Below are positions 27,308 to 41,243 of a stretch of DNA of 64,000 nucleotides, piece by piece (positions within the stretch are counted from its first letter, which is position 1; each line of letters starts with the position of its first letter). A model generated the notes under the pieces. The model did not search any database and was not told the origin of the DNA. It saw only the letters and a list, made by a program, of their open reading frames with translations. The DNA comes from Octopus vulgaris (lineage: Eukaryota): positions 92,938,001-93,002,000 of the forward strand of contig OX597816.1 of the NCBI GenBank assembly GCA_951406725.2, in the 5' to 3' direction. The position numbers were made by a program, and so were the translations under genes.

Positions 27308-27931
27308 TGTGTTACATTATAAGGCACAAAAAGAAAATGACTCTCCCAGGACACAACAGAATATGCTTCAACACACGAACTCATATAAAGAATCTTGCAA
27401 ACCAAATTCAAAAACGAAATTAATAAACAGTCTTAAAAAAAAAATAAATAAATCCTTCAGTAGGTAGCAAAAGTAACTTGTGTAAGAACAATAATAGTTC
27501 TTAGGGGTCAGACTACATGCAATGCTCATAACGTTAAATAAGTGGAGTAGAATTTACAGGCTGAATACTTGTTAAGTGGTAAAAGTATATTTAATACTTT
27601 GAATATTCAAGAGTTAAAGTATGTTCAAATGAACAGTTAAAGTAAATGAATGATATTATTAATTTTCTTCGTGTTTATTCTTTTTGACCACCATTGGAGA
27701 AAACGCCAGATATGCTTAAGACTTATTAAGAATTTTCATCAGAAAGAGAAAATGAAAAACAAAAACTTATAACTTAGCCACTAATTGGGAAAAGTATGAT
27801 ACACAATGCAAGATCAGCTAATGAAATATATACCTTAAATGAAATATGCAAAAGGAAAGGTCACCATTAGCTTTAAAAAGTGTTTGCACATGTGTGTGTG
27901 TATGTGCATGCATGTAGTGTGATGAGGTGTA

Positions 27932-27975
<44 letters not shown>

Positions 27976-30900
27976 GGTTTGCTTATTAAGGATCCAGAAA
28001 ATACCAATAATTCATGACATCACTATCATTTTGAAGAAAGAGATTGTCCAATCCAAATGTATAGAAGGCAGCTTCCAGATAGATAATAAAAAAAAAAAAT
28101 TACAAGCTATTTAGATCATTAAAATATAATGAAAATGAATGTAATTTTTGTTAATTCTAAATTAAGGGTTTAATCTATACTATCAACAGTTGCTATAAAA
28201 TATCAGCAAGCCTTTCCTGTGAGGTATGACATCATTTTGAAGTAATTCATAATGCTATTATCAACACCACACACACACACACACACACACACAGATACGC
28301 ATACATAAATATATATATACATTTATACAAATACCATATACATACACATACACATATATATATATATTCATATTTATATATATATGCATGTGTGTGTATC
28401 AGTTTATATTGAATGGATTAGATGAACTGTGTGTGAAATCTTTTGGGAAGGATACGAAAAAAGGAAAATAATTCGATTGTCTCTGGAAAAGTGAAAAATC
28501 TATTTTATAGAATGCTCATTGATTTAGGTACATATGTACTCAATAAGCACGAAAATATATTTATCACTTGTGAAACAGGTAGTTTGGTTCTAGTCAGGCA
28601 AATGAAGAAGAGATAAATAAGAGAGAGACAGATGTACCAACAGAATGTAAATTTGAATAATTTTTGCTAATGTTATTCTACATATTGTCAGCATTTGAGT
28701 CTTGGAGATTTGTGGTATTTGTTCTATTTTTCTGATCTCAGTGTTCAAAATAATACTTTTAACATGGGCCAAATGGGCTGCAAAAATCATACAAAACAAA
28801 AAGACAATGAGAATTTATATATATGTATATCAATAATAAAATAATAAGAAATTTAGTAAAAATAAAATTCTCCAGTAGTGGAGAATACCATCCAGAGGTA
28901 ATCAATAGATCCCACAGAATCTGGGTCAAACTGATACCAGGAGGCATCCTCTCTCATCTGTTCCCTCCAATCTACCTTAGAGTTCACCCATTGGGCCCAT
29001 TCTCACCATAGTCACCCACATTTCAACAAATTTACAGGATGGTGAGCAGCAATTCCCTGTCTACCCTTACCTGCCTTTTGAAGTGGGATTTCAAAATGTC
29101 AGTGAGGGCTTAGCCATAGACAAAAGTATGTCTTTAGTCTTTTCAGTCTTGTTCACTACTTAGCCTCTTACACCATAACCAACAAACAGAGTAAAGCAAG
29201 GTCAGTTTTACCACTCTTCATTTTGGGGCTGGTTGACAATGCTGTGTCAATTATTTTCTGTCTGTCTACCTGACTGTCTTTTTTCTCCCTCTCAGAAGCA
29301 GCCATGCTGAACTGTGAAAAGATCCAACAAGAGCACATACAGCATCCATTTCTCCAGAAATGGAGACAGGTTGTACAATCTTTACCCACAACAAAAATTG
29401 ACTTGTTATTAAAACCATCCAAAACTGCTTGATGTGATGTAGAACAAGGAACAAAAATTAAGAATAATTAAGAAGATATTAAAGTTGTCAAGCAAGACTA
29501 GAGTAATTAATCAGAAGTTTAGTAGATCAAATTAACTGATATTTCTAATGAGGTCCATGTTAACACTATCGTTAAAGGTCAGAAAGATAAAGAATAATTA
29601 CTGATGTGGAAAACATAAAAGACTAAAACTAATAGAGCATAAAATGAAAGTAATAGAATAGCTATTACAGAACATAAAACCATCTGTGACGGCCTTATAA
29701 TCTATAAGTCAAGCTATTATTTTCAGATCAGAACAAAGATGACTCTAAGAAACTTATTGTTTTATTAATTCCAGCAACTAATTTCATTATGTGTTTTTAA
29801 ACAATAAAAACCATGTTAACCTCTTGAATATATTAAAGTACCATTTAGTTATTAAGAAAATGATATTGAGCAGCTTGTATTTTGACAACTTAAACCTTGT
29901 ATAGGATTATCATCATTAGGAGCTAGGATTTGTTGTAATGATTTTAGTGAAGATGGTTAGTGGGGATGATTGCTTTCCAGTTTCTGATAGTAGTTGTCAA
30001 TTTGGGTAGATGTGATAATGATAATTTATGTTAGGTATAAACTTTTAAGGAGGGAATTTTGTTGATTAAATGGATCCATGAAATCTGTGACTGATGTGTG
30101 CAGAATTTATTAAAGAACTTTGATTTTTAAGAATGTTGTGCTAAAGTAATCTTGCATATCGCTAATTTGGTACAAAATAAACCTGGAGCATTATTTAGCA
30201 TTTTGCTTTCCATTTTAAATAAATAGTCTACCAGAACTCTCTTGTTTGTTTGAGATGTTAAAATCATTTAGTTGATGTTTTGTACAAAGTGAAGTTTTTG
30301 AGCTTTGTCAGCTATTAGTGTAGTTGACAAAGTGTTTCGCTACTTCAACTGTTGAATTGTTATTGTGAATCTAGGAAACTAAATTGGTTTGCACATTGTT
30401 AAAGGTTGTGGTATCCAGTATGATGCACTGAAAAGGTTGGATGATACTATCATTCATTGTGACTACTGAACACTGTATAGAGGCGTTGCCATATATGCAG
30501 ATTTTAAAGGCAATGAGAGGGTCTTAACAAACTTAAGGAAAGCAGATGGAGTAAGTTTGTAACTTGTATCTGAAATGTAGTCAGTGAAAATTATATGATG
30601 TTTTCTGTGGATGTCTAGAGTATTTAAATGATATGGAATAGAAATGGAAACTTAGTAACTGATAGATTTTCCTTTTTTTATATAAATGCAATATTCATGT
30701 AGAAAAGCTAAAGAGAATAGTTTTTGGCAAGCAATAATGCCACTTTGGGCTTATTTCATAGCTTGTGGTTCCACCTCAAGAAATGCACACTGTTGTTCAG
30801 TGATATAGTACTGAAAAATATACTATCTATCATTATATATTCATTCATCTTTATAATGAAATGTAGTTTCTATATTTTCAGACTGAGTAGTTCTCTTGAT

Positions 30901-31090
30901 ATTTTGTGAAAATTTTAGGCAATAAGATGAGATGCATAGCAATAACATTTGAAGCATTTCACTATGAAGAGAGCCCATTATCAAATTAACAATGTATATT
31001 ATTATATTTTTTAGCAATAAAAAGTTATGTATTAAGCTGTGAGTTCCATATTAAATTGTTCTGGCATGTCTAGTTTTTTTATGTGCATAC

Positions 31091-31137
<47 letters not shown>

Positions 31138-32359
31138 AAGATAAAGTGAAACAGACAGACAGGCAGAAAGTAGGCATTCATTGTTATTGACAGAAATTGA
31201 TCCCTATAAGCCTGAGTGTAAATATAGAGGAAGATAAATTTCACTGCTTGATTTATTGGTTTATAAAGATTATGTTCATATCAGGAATAAATAATAAAGA
31301 AAAAACATAGTTTCAATAACTGGATGTAAGAAGACAGCAAAAATATGTCAGAACTTTCTCAAAAAAAATTGAACGTTAGTTCCATTGAATATTATTTGTA
31401 AATATTTTCCTTTTATATTTAAATATGTTATCATATTTATATTGAATGCAGTTTTTACAGAAAATACCTATGGGCAATGTGTCTTAGTGATTTACTCAAT
31501 AAATATACATCAAATATATCACTCCACACATTTTTAGCTTTCAACTTACCAAATGTGTCATTTCACAACTTTTTATTCTTTAGCTTATCTAAAGGTTTCT
31601 TTTTCATCAAATCATTCCTTTAAACTATTATCAATCTTTATATTTCTTGTTTATACAATATCCTTTCACTGATTTTAAAATTATATGAAAGATATTTTTC
31701 ATGCATTAAACAGAGATATCATTAGCTTATAAAAATAGTCTCAAAATATTGTTTGTTCAAGCTGTCGCGGGCTGGATGAGCTTGCATAAAAATAAAATAT
31801 ATCCACTCATTCCCTATCTGCCATAATTTACTTTAGAAGGCTAACACACAAAAACTTAATGCAGCATTCTCGTCATTTATATTTACTAACACATTCTGTT
31901 AACTGAATATGGTAGTTCTCATCCAACAAATCTCATTGTACTACTCATCCATAGAACCATAATAATATTTTTTTCCATATAACCTTAATGTGGTTTTCAT
32001 GAGACAGGTTTGTTAAAGTCAATAAAAAATAGCAATTTTCAGATTGATGTCATTTTAGAGGATAAAACTACGCTTCCTAAAAGAAGATACCACAGAAAAC
32101 ATAAATATGCTTTAGGTTTGTAGAATGGAGTCAGTAGATTCAAGAGAGAATTATTTATTTTACTAAAGATATAATAAAGGAGAAGAAAGAAGGAAGGTGA
32201 GAAAGCCACATAGAGAGCTGGAGGAAACTTGATGACAGAGTTGTGAATGAACAGAACTTTTAAAGTGTTCTGTTAGTTTAAAGAGATACAACCTGGCCTG
32301 TTGATGCTTGTTGATTTGATATTTCATCCATTTGTGTTACATTACTGAAGACAGCTTTC

Positions 32360-32488
32360 ATGACATTGGGCTATGTGTGTGTCAAGTTTCATCAGAATCG
32401 GTTGAAAGCCGTGGTCAGGCTGAGGGTACAACCTGACAGACACACAGACACACACAGAGACAAACTGCCGTTTATATATAGAGAGATA
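32360..32488 (-). mobile_element. Non-autonomous Helitron fragment
   Basis: Near-identical to 43628-43753, the 5' TC end of that element. Confidence 0.7.
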
Positions 32489-32690
32489 TACATGCTGTAA
32501 ATATTCTGGCTTCTTCCTTCAGTGCTTGTAGGTAGACTGAGTTTATAAAAAGTACACTTAAGTATTACAACTAGTCAAATTAGCAATTTTAGAAAATTTG
32601 TACACTATAACTGGTGATTTAATATCAATAAAGGAAACTCTTATGCAGATTGATACCATGAAGATGTACAGTTCAAATCTGTAATGTGTC

Positions 32691-33223
32691 TTACTCTTTT
32701 ACTTGTTTCAGTCATGTGACTGTGGCAAGGCTGGAGCACCACTTTTAGTCGAGCAAATTGACCCCAGGACTTATTTTTTGTAAGCCTAGTACTTATTTTA
32801 TCAGTCTCTTTTCCCAAACCACTACATTACAGGGATGTAAACACACCAGCATTGGTTGTCAAGCGATGTTCGGGGGACAAACACAGACACACAAACATAC
32901 GCACACACACACACACACACATATGTATATATATAAAGTTAATCCAAACAAGAAAACACAGAAAAAAGAAAAAAACACAGCAACGCAGGACGTGGAACAA
33001 TTAAAGTATTATTGATGCTCAGGAAAGAAGGGAAGGAGGGTTTAACGTTTCGAGCATACATATATATATGTACGATGGGCTTCTTTCAGTTTCCATCTAC
33101 CAAATCCACTCACAAGGCTTTGGTTGGCCCAAGGCTATAGTAGAAGACACTTACCCAAGGTGCCACACAGTGGAACTGAACCTGGAACCATGTGGTTTGT
33201 AAGCAAGCTATTTACCACACAGC
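32691..33223 (-). mobile_element. SINE family A with a ~120 bp foreign insert (32935-33055) in its microsatellite
   Basis: Both halves are present. The insert ends in a truncated HHR-like half (minus strand gctc-GAAA-cg-TTA). Confidence 0.8.
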
Positions 33224-33669
33224 TGGGGTCATTATTTACCCATGATAAAAAGCAATAGAAAACTTCTGAAATGTAGCCATTGTCAAGTTTAGATATGGAA
33301 CCTAATTGGAAATTGATGTTTGGAGAGGTGACCAAATGAAATAACTAAAATTGTATAAAAGATATTTTATTATAGATTTAAAAAAAATATGCCATTAGTT
33401 AATAGAAATAAAGTTTCACAATTTTAATGTTATTTGTTAAAGCTGATGAGGGCTGGTTGAGTGTACAACAGTAAAATATATCGATTTGTTTGAAGCATAT
33501 TAAGAACGAGTCAACTTACATGTGAGAAAACCAATCCAGATAAAAGAATAATTAAGTCATGTATGTGTGTGTGTGTGTGTATACATGTGTGAGAGTGTAT
33601 GTGTGTGTGTGTGTGTGCATATGTATGTACGTATAGATGCATACATGTATATATATATATATATATAAA

Positions 33670-33990
33670 CTTTGGGCAAGTGTCTTCTACTATAGCCTCG
33701 GGCAGACTATAGCCTTGTGAATGGATTTGGTAGATGGAAACTGAAAGAAGCCCGTCATATATACATATATATATATATATATATGATGATGATGATAAAT
33801 ATATATATATATATATATGAGTGTATATTTGTATGTCTGATTCTGTCCCCCACTATCATTTGACAACCAATATTGGTGTGCTTATGTCCTTGTAATTTAG
33901 CGGTTCGGCATAAGGAACCGATAGAATAAGTACTAGGCTTACAAAAAAGGTGGTGCTCCAGCAGGGCTGCAATCAAATGACTGAAACAAA
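33670..33990 (+). mobile_element. SINE family A, 5'-truncated
   Basis: ttgggcaagtgtcttctactatagcc...ggtgctccagca..caaatgactgaaac. Confidence 0.8.
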
Positions 33991-35257
33991 AATATATTTA
34001 TGCATGTATTCATGCATGTATATATTTTATTTTCAAGAGTCCTGTAGTTTTAGCTAACATAATATTTCACATTTTCTAAACATAAATTCGTTTGTTTGCA
34101 GAGTTCTTTTATTATATTTGCGAAATATTTATTCCTGTTAATTACTAAAGTACTAATTTCTGTAATTTGATTTTGAATTATTTTTTTATTAATAACTTCA
34201 TTTAATACAGCTTCTTTTTGTTAATCATTGTACAAGCAAACAGTCAGTAACAGAATTCTCATTGCTTTTGGTTCCTGTCATTTTTTTTCCAGGGCTAATC
34301 ACTATATTTTACTGAATTGGTATAAAGCTGTGAATTCCTGCTAAGGTTACCTTTTCTTTGTTATTCACTGTTTGTTCTTTTACAACTGCATTTATTAAAA
34401 ATACAAGCTCTCATATGAATGAAATATATTTAATATTGATATATTTCTGTTTTTAATTATTAGATTTTTCTCCACAAGTAAGGAATTGACTTCTAACACA
34501 AAAAGAAAAACAAGACACCATCACTGGAATTTGGTTAAGAAGTTAACAGCAATGAGTATTATATGCAGGATTTGGAAAAGTGTTTCAGATTTTAATGTTC
34601 CCCTTATAAGTTGTGTTTGTAAAGTACATGCTAAATGGCTGCAATATGTGCTCAAAATTTCTAGCTTTACCAGATGATTTTGATATTGGTTCATTTCACA
34701 TCAAAAGATGATTACTGTTGGCTGAGTCATGTGATATACTTCTCATTGGTCTACTCAAAACGCTGTAAATAAAGTGGGTATTGAATTCGCTGTTTGGTAG
34801 AGCGAGAGTGCTATGTAACTGCGGTGGGATTGTTGTTTTATTAAATTCATACAAGGTAAGTCTAGGAGAGTACTGTGCATTAAAACCCAATTCAAATCCA
34901 TTGTGGTGATGTGTGCATGTGAATGTAGTGTAAAGGAGGGAATTGATGCATGAAAATGCAGAGAAAAAAATTAGGAGCATGCAGGTAAATATTCAGAAAT
35001 CTCTACCATCAGAGTAAAAAATGGTCTTGGAAATATAACTATAGAAATAATTGTTGCTCAAGAAATCTGTTATTTTCTTTTGATGAAAAATGGACAGAGA
35101 TAAGAGGCTATAGGAAACAAAAAGGAAATCAAAAAAGCCCTCTCTACTAATAAGAAAAAGAATGGACTTCAAGATAAGGCTAGAAAAATACATGTGGTAG
35201 AATCCGTTTTTGCCATGCTGGACTGAAGTTCACATTTTTCGCAAAAGACACGAAATA

Positions 35258-35479
35258 CAGTAATCCTTCAACTATCACAGGTGTTACATTCCCAAAACCC
35301 ATGCGATAGGTGAAAATCTGCGAAGTAGAAACAGTACTGTGCTGTTTACTTTTTTTTTATTATTTTCATGATTTGTATATATTTATTTTATTATAAATGC
35401 AAAAAGACACCACGGAGGAATTAACAAGCTTAAATAATAAACTGCGATAGGTGAACCGTGATATGGCAAGGGACTACTG
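35258..35479. mobile_element. MITE (Tigger/pogo-like ends)
   Basis: TA-cagtaatcctt...aagggactactg-TA, with a subterminal repeated tgcgataggtgaa. Confidence 0.7.
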
Positions 35480-36099
35480 TATGAACTGACAGATGATGAA
35501 AGTACTAGTCATGTGTTAACTGAAATCCAACCTTTCAAGCATCTGAGTGATAGGTTTCTTGTAAAATCATGCAACCAATGTATGAATTGCAATTACTGTA
35601 CATTATAATCACGGGGATTTCATGCCCAGTCCAACAAAGTCACTCTTAGATATAATAATTTTAAGATCCAGCAAAATGAGAGTGTTGGGGGATACGGTAA
35701 TCCAATTTCACCCTGGGGTGTTCACCCATGTGTGTATGTAGGCGGAGGTTACCCTACCTATTTTTCCTGCACTTTTTAAACATTGTTTTACTTTTGTATG
35801 TTTTATATAACTTTACATTTATTCTGTGTTTGATTTATCAGTTCTTTAGAAAGGTTCTTTATTCGTATTCATATAATTTTGTCTTGTCCATCTTTCATAT
35901 TTTGTAAGCCACGATACTTTAATATGTATTCTTTTTATGAATTCTTGACTGATAAAGAACAAAGAAATATTTTTTATTGGATTAAGAAATTACTATCCTT
36001 ATTTGAACCCCAAAGGATGAAAGGTCAACTTCGCCTGTCATTCTTTTGTAGGTTAGTAAATGAAGGTGAAGTGAACCCGTCAAGGCAATTGGTCTAGGA

Positions 36100-36569
36100 T
36101 CAGTATGGAGGCCAATTTTTTACCATATCAAACATGACATTATCCACAAGATCCCAGACTTCATTCGCCCTCTGAGAGGGAAGGAACCACATATTACGGT
36201 TGAGGGCAGAAGGCCTCGGTGCTACCTGTGTATGGAGACTGGCCACTTGAAATCTTTCTGCTCTTGACAGAAGATAGAATATCACAAGAGTCCCTTACTG
36301 CCAACACCAGGTGACCAAAAGCCACAATAACAAAACTATCAGCGACCAAGAGCAAAAGTGGTACCTGCCCCAGCAGCAACGGCAATAACATGAACAGCAA
36401 AACTACCAACTGCTGGAACAACACTAACGCCAGCAACAACAGAAGCACTAGCACCACCAGCAACTCCAACACCAGCAGCAGATACACCACAACCACCTTC
36501 AACAGTACAAAGAAAAATAACGGATATTGAAACACCCAGGGGCTCTCCCAACGATTCTCTCTCTCCTTC

Positions 36570-36605
<36 letters not shown>

Positions 36606-37965
36606 CGTTTCTTCTAAACACAAACACAGCCTTTCGCACAAACACAAATACACTTTCACCCGTATCCGAAAGGGTTTCCACAGATACTTCTGCATCACGA
36701 AATGAAATGAAGGGAACTCCCAAAACCAAAGGAACTAAAACTAAAACACAAAAAAAACATCATGCCTCAACCCAACACACACACCAAAAATAGAAAACTC
36801 ACCCACTACAATCACAGACATATCTACACCAACACCAACTTTTCCAGCAACATAATCGTTAGCACATCACCATTACCACAACAACAACAACCCAATAGAA
36901 GAAAAGACACTCAACAAGAACAACAAACCACCCAAACACAAAACTTTGTGCTAGTGAGGAGGACCAGTAAAGAATTGATGGCCCTCATAGCACGAAGTAA
37001 GGACATCAAGACACAGAGTGTGATCTTCGGTACCAGCACCTTTCAAATGCCAGAAACACCGATGATGGTACGTGTGCCACTGGAAACTTATATAAACATT
37101 AGGGAGAACCTCCCCCACGACGTCGATCCCAAATTTGTGGTTTGGACGGTCAACTGAGACAGGATCCATTGTCAGGGCCCCAGATACTGGAAATTGAACA
37201 TGTCTATCTCGGTGCGTCAAGCTTTCAGAGACCGAGTTAGCAAGTTATTCTATCGGAAGTTGTCGGGGGTATTCGTTAACAACCGATGGTGGAGACCCTA
37301 AAAGAGCGGCTATCAGTATAAAGGTTTAGAAAAGAAATAGCGTTAGAGGTGTCTAGAATATAGGGAAGCCTAGTTAGGAAGCTAGAAGCATAATGACCGA
37401 CATATTGACGGCGCGATTGGTTCTTGATCAATTCTTCAATACTAAGTACACAGGTTGCGCTGCTAGAGCTTGGGCGCGTGTTCTAAGATACGAGGGAACG
37501 AAAGCAGTTCGACGGGCCCGTTGGAGAGGGTGTATCTCCAGCGTTTCCTTGACGGTGAGCAGGTGTGGTCGCCGTTTGTCAGATAGGAGTTCCTGCAGTT
37601 CGTCTCATTAACGGACTTGCAATCCTTGATCAAGAGTAGACCGAGGCAAGGTGTTTGGCACTTTGAAAGCTGGCAGACGCTCACAGCCTTCCATCAGGCG
37701 GGTAATGCGGTGAATTAAAGTTCCATCTTGGAGTTCTATAGGAGTGCAAGAGCGATAACGTTCTTGGGGAATATCTAGATATCAGGAGAGATCAATTAAA
37801 CGATGGATAATTTCCAGAAATCCCTGACCTAGCAGTGCTGCCGGGGAGCTCTGCTAGTTTGAGATAAGCTCTACAGGCACAGAAGTGCTGTCAAACGGAA
37901 CTGTCCGAGATGCGCGCAGAGCGATGAAACGTTCTGCATGCACTCGTCCAGTATCCGGCCATTAA
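36100..37965 (+). mobile_element. Decayed, internally deleted L1/Tx1-type LINE
   Basis: Gag knuckle EGRRPR-CYLCMETGHLKSFC (CX2CX4HX4C, 36220-36261). ORF2 C-terminal relic MDNFQKSL..RGAL...CPRCAQSDET.LHALVQ (~37803-37952). GC content is elevated. Confidence 0.7.
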
Positions 37966-38007
37966 TGATTTGTGGAGCTTTGTCGAATTATTATTATTAT
38001 TATTATG

Positions 38008-38054
<47 letters not shown>

Positions 38055-38173
38055 CATACCACTACGTTCCAGTGAAACACTGGGATTGATGTAATCGACT
38101 AACCCCCCCCCTCTCCCTAAATTTCAGATCTTGTGCCTATAATGGAAAGGATTATTATTATTATTATTAACAA

Positions 38174-38388
38174 GACGGCCAGCTGGCAGAATCGTTAGCA
38201 CACAGGCCAAAATGCTTGGCGGCATTTCGCCCCTACGCTACTTTCTGAGTTCAAATTCCGTAGAGATCGACTTTGTATTTAATCCTTTCGGGGTCGATAA
38301 ACTAAGTAGCAGTGAAATACAGGAGTCGATGTAATCGACTAGCTCCCCCTCCCCCCAAATTTTGGGCTTCGTGCCTAGAGTAGAAACG

Positions 38389-38390
<2 letters not shown>
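38174..38390 (+). mobile_element. SINE family B
   Basis: ggccagctggcagaatcgttagcac...gagttcaaattccg...tagaaacg followed by an (att)n tail. Confidence 0.78.
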
Positions 38391-38475
<85 letters not shown>

Positions 38476-38775
38476 GACGGTGGTGGTGGTGGCGGCGGCA
38501 GCAGCAGCAGCAGCAGTAGAATTTGCTGTTGTTGCAGTAGTGTTAGTGGAAGAAGAAGAGGATCAAGAAGAAAAGGAAGACGAGGTAACTTTTATTCTCA
38601 TTTTACTTGTTTTTTTTTTTATATTTCTGTTTCAACATTTTTATATGAGGTTTTTAGGTATTCCTAATTTCTTAGCTTGCTTTTGATCGAATCGTTATCC
38701 AAGCAATTTTTTTTAAATGTTTCCTCAGGCAGATTCTTTGCTCAAATATGTGTCACGAAAATATTTTGAATCTGG

Positions 38776-38825
<50 letters not shown>

Positions 38826-38835
38826 GAGAGAGAGT

Positions 38836-38873
<38 letters not shown>

Positions 38874-39017
38874 TACAGACAGAGACAGAGACAGACAGAC
38901 AGACAGAGACAGACAGAGAGACAGAGACAGAGAGAGAGAGAGAGACAGAGACAGAGAGAGACAGACAGACAGAGAGAGAGAGAGAGAAAGAGAGAGAGGA
39001 GTGAGGGAGGGAGGGAG
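38776..39017. repeat. (GA)n/(GACA)n compound microsatellite
   Basis: Seen directly. Confidence 0.95.
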
Positions 39018-39187
39018 AATGGGGGATAATGTGGAAGGAAAGAAAATATCACCTATTACCAATGTTGCTATTGTTATTGTTATTACTGCTGGTGAAGATG
39101 ATGATGATGATGATGGTGATGATAATGAGAAGGAGAAGAAAGTAGTGGAGATAGAAGGGAATGACTATTTGAGAATTTAGTTATATA

Positions 39188-39582
39188 TTAGCAGTATCGC
39201 CCGGCGTTGCTCGGGTTTGTAAGGGAAATAATTATATAAGCATTTTTAGAGATGTAAAGTATAATAGCCATCTCAATATGGCTAACCACAAAGGGGGAGG
39301 GGTGTTACTGTAGCTTTTTACGTTCTGAGATTTAATAATAAATTTTAGAGAGTTACTTCCCTTATATATGTCAAAAATGGATTAAAAATGGGAAAAATTG
39401 ATGGTAAATTTTTTTTTAAATCGTAGACTCATCGTAGACGCGCGCTAATACCCAGACGGTCTCGATATGAATCACGACTATAAGATACCCGGTTTTGGTT
39501 AAACTGCACCGCAAAATGTGGGAGTAGTTAGGAATCTAAATCGTAGGAGACAGACACACAACCTCACTTTTATATATAAAGA
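39188..39582 (-). mobile_element. Non-autonomous Helitron
   Basis: Minus strand starts A|TC and ends with hairpin cccgagcaacgccggg then gatactgCTAA. The 3' end is shared with the 43381 element. Confidence 0.7.
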
Positions 39583-39645
39583 TTTCCTCTATTTACATAA
39601 TATTGAGGTCTCTTTCTTTCTTTTGTTATCTTACTGTTTTTACCA

Positions 39646-39696
<51 letters not shown>

Positions 39697-39704
39697 TATA
39701 TATA

Positions 39705-40029
39705 GTTACAGAGATGTACTTGCATAGCAAGTGACTTGATCTGAGATCGTGTGCTGGAACGAAAACAGTTGCAGCGTTGAAGGTGTTTATAAGCCATTTA
39801 AGAAACACACAAAAACCGTTAGATTCACTTCAACATTTAAATTTAATTTGTCAAAATATTTTCGTCGCTTTGAGACCGCGACCTGTTAGCACGATATTTT
39901 TGTCAGTGAACAGGTCGCGGTCTCAAAGCGACGAAAATATTTTGGCAAATTAAATTTAAATGTTGAAGTGAATGTAACGGTTTTTGTGTGTTTCTTAAAT
40001 GGCTTACAAACACCTTCCACGCTGCAATA
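39705..40029. mobile_element. Fold-back element (119 bp arms) with a G3-C8 hammerhead variant
   Basis: Arms 39769-39887 and 39909-40027, flanked by TA repeats. HHR variant at 39900-39948. Confidence 0.7.
39900..39948 (+). ncRNA. Minimal hammerhead variant (G3-C8 core)
   Basis: ttgtca-GTGAACA-g-gtcgc-ggtctcaaa-gcgac-GAA-AATATT-T^tggcaa (tgacaa in the mirrored arm). Confidence 0.65.
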
Positions 40030-40104
40030 TATATATACACACATATATATATATGTATGTATGTATGTGTGTATATGTGCATGCATGTATGTGTGTGTGT
40101 GTGC

Positions 40105-40322
40105 GTGTCTGTGCTTGTGATTGTCCTCCACCACTGCTTGACAACGAATGTTGGTTTGTTTACATACCTGTCACCTAGTGGTTTGACAAAGGAAACAGAT
40201 AGAATAAGTACAATGCTTACAAAAATAAAACTGGAGTTGATTCATTAAACTACAATTCTTCAAGGCATTGCCCCAGCATGGCCACAGACCAATGGCTGGA
40301 AAAAGCAGAAGAATAAAAGAAT
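40105..40322 (+). mobile_element. SINE family A-related 3' half
   Basis: gcttgacaac...gatagaataagtac...tgccccagcatggccacag...aagaataaaaga. Confidence 0.65.
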
Positions 40323-40384
40323 ACATTCTCTGCTTTGGTCTTATGTTCAAGGCATGAGAAAGCTTGAGTTTACATGAGAAGGCC

Positions 40385-40635
40385 TAACAGACCTGGTAGA
40401 AACAGCAGCCAAATCTCCCTCAAATCACACCTTACTGTCTTATGTATGTATATATATATGAGCCAATGAGGGGGACCTCTACATGGTAGCTAGACCTGGT
40501 AGAAATAGCAGCCAAATTTCCCCCAAATCACACCTTACTGTCTTATCTATGTATATATGTATGTATGAGCCTATGAGGGAGACCCCTACATGGCAGCTAG
40601 ACATGGTAGAAATAGCAGCCAAATCTCCCTCAAAT
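40385..40635 (+). repeat. ~113 bp tandem repeat, about 2.5 copies
   Basis: agacctggtagaaatagcagccaaatctccctcaaatcacaccttactgtcttat occurs three times. Confidence 0.85.
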
Positions 40636-40763
40636 CACACCTTACTGTCTTATCTTTCTGCTACTTGGATATAGGTCTTATATTCGTCGTAAAAAGCTTT
40701 CCTGTCACACACTCACGCACACGCACACACACACACACACACGCACCCTCACACACACACACA

Positions 40764-40800
<37 letters not shown>

Positions 40801-41195
40801 ACACGCACGTTAGCTTACAATTTTATTTATATATTTGCGTGTCTATGTGTGGAAAGAGGAAGTGGGAGGCAGAGTGAAAGAATCACTCACTACAGTAAGT
40901 GAATTACTTTCATTTTATTCGTTGCCCACTGTGTGTGTGCGTTTGCGTGTGGTGTAAAGCAGACTAAGAAAAGCATTTGACACACACACCAGAATGTGAG
41001 TTTTCTGTAAATTTTGCTTAATTGGAGTTTAAATTTTAAAAACTGGACCTGGCATGACGCGATGCATTGTACTCTTAAAAATGCTAGGTAAATTGTAATT
41101 GAAGAAATCCTATATTGTAGATTTGTATAACTCCCAAAGGGAGGCAGATAAAATCTGCCTTTTATAATAAGAGATAAAATCTGCCTTTTATAATA

Positions 41196-41243
<48 letters not shown>

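Noticed and set aside
28850-30900. Possible LINE endonuclease or PLE coding relics (also 1000-2000, 42500-43100, 48300-49170, 56300-57230, 62940-63880)
   Set aside because: Composition suggests old TE debris, but I could not read diagnostic motifs reliably. It needs tBLASTx against a TE library.
33443-33485. CTGATGA plus a hairpin (also 43012-43030 minus and 43330)
   Set aside because: No correctly placed GAAA or stem I; at best fully decayed HHRs.
34441-34485. Possible micro-exon (ttag|ATTTTTCTCCACAA|gtaagg)
   Set aside because: Splice-like signals alone are common by chance, and I found no partner exons. It needs RNA-seq.
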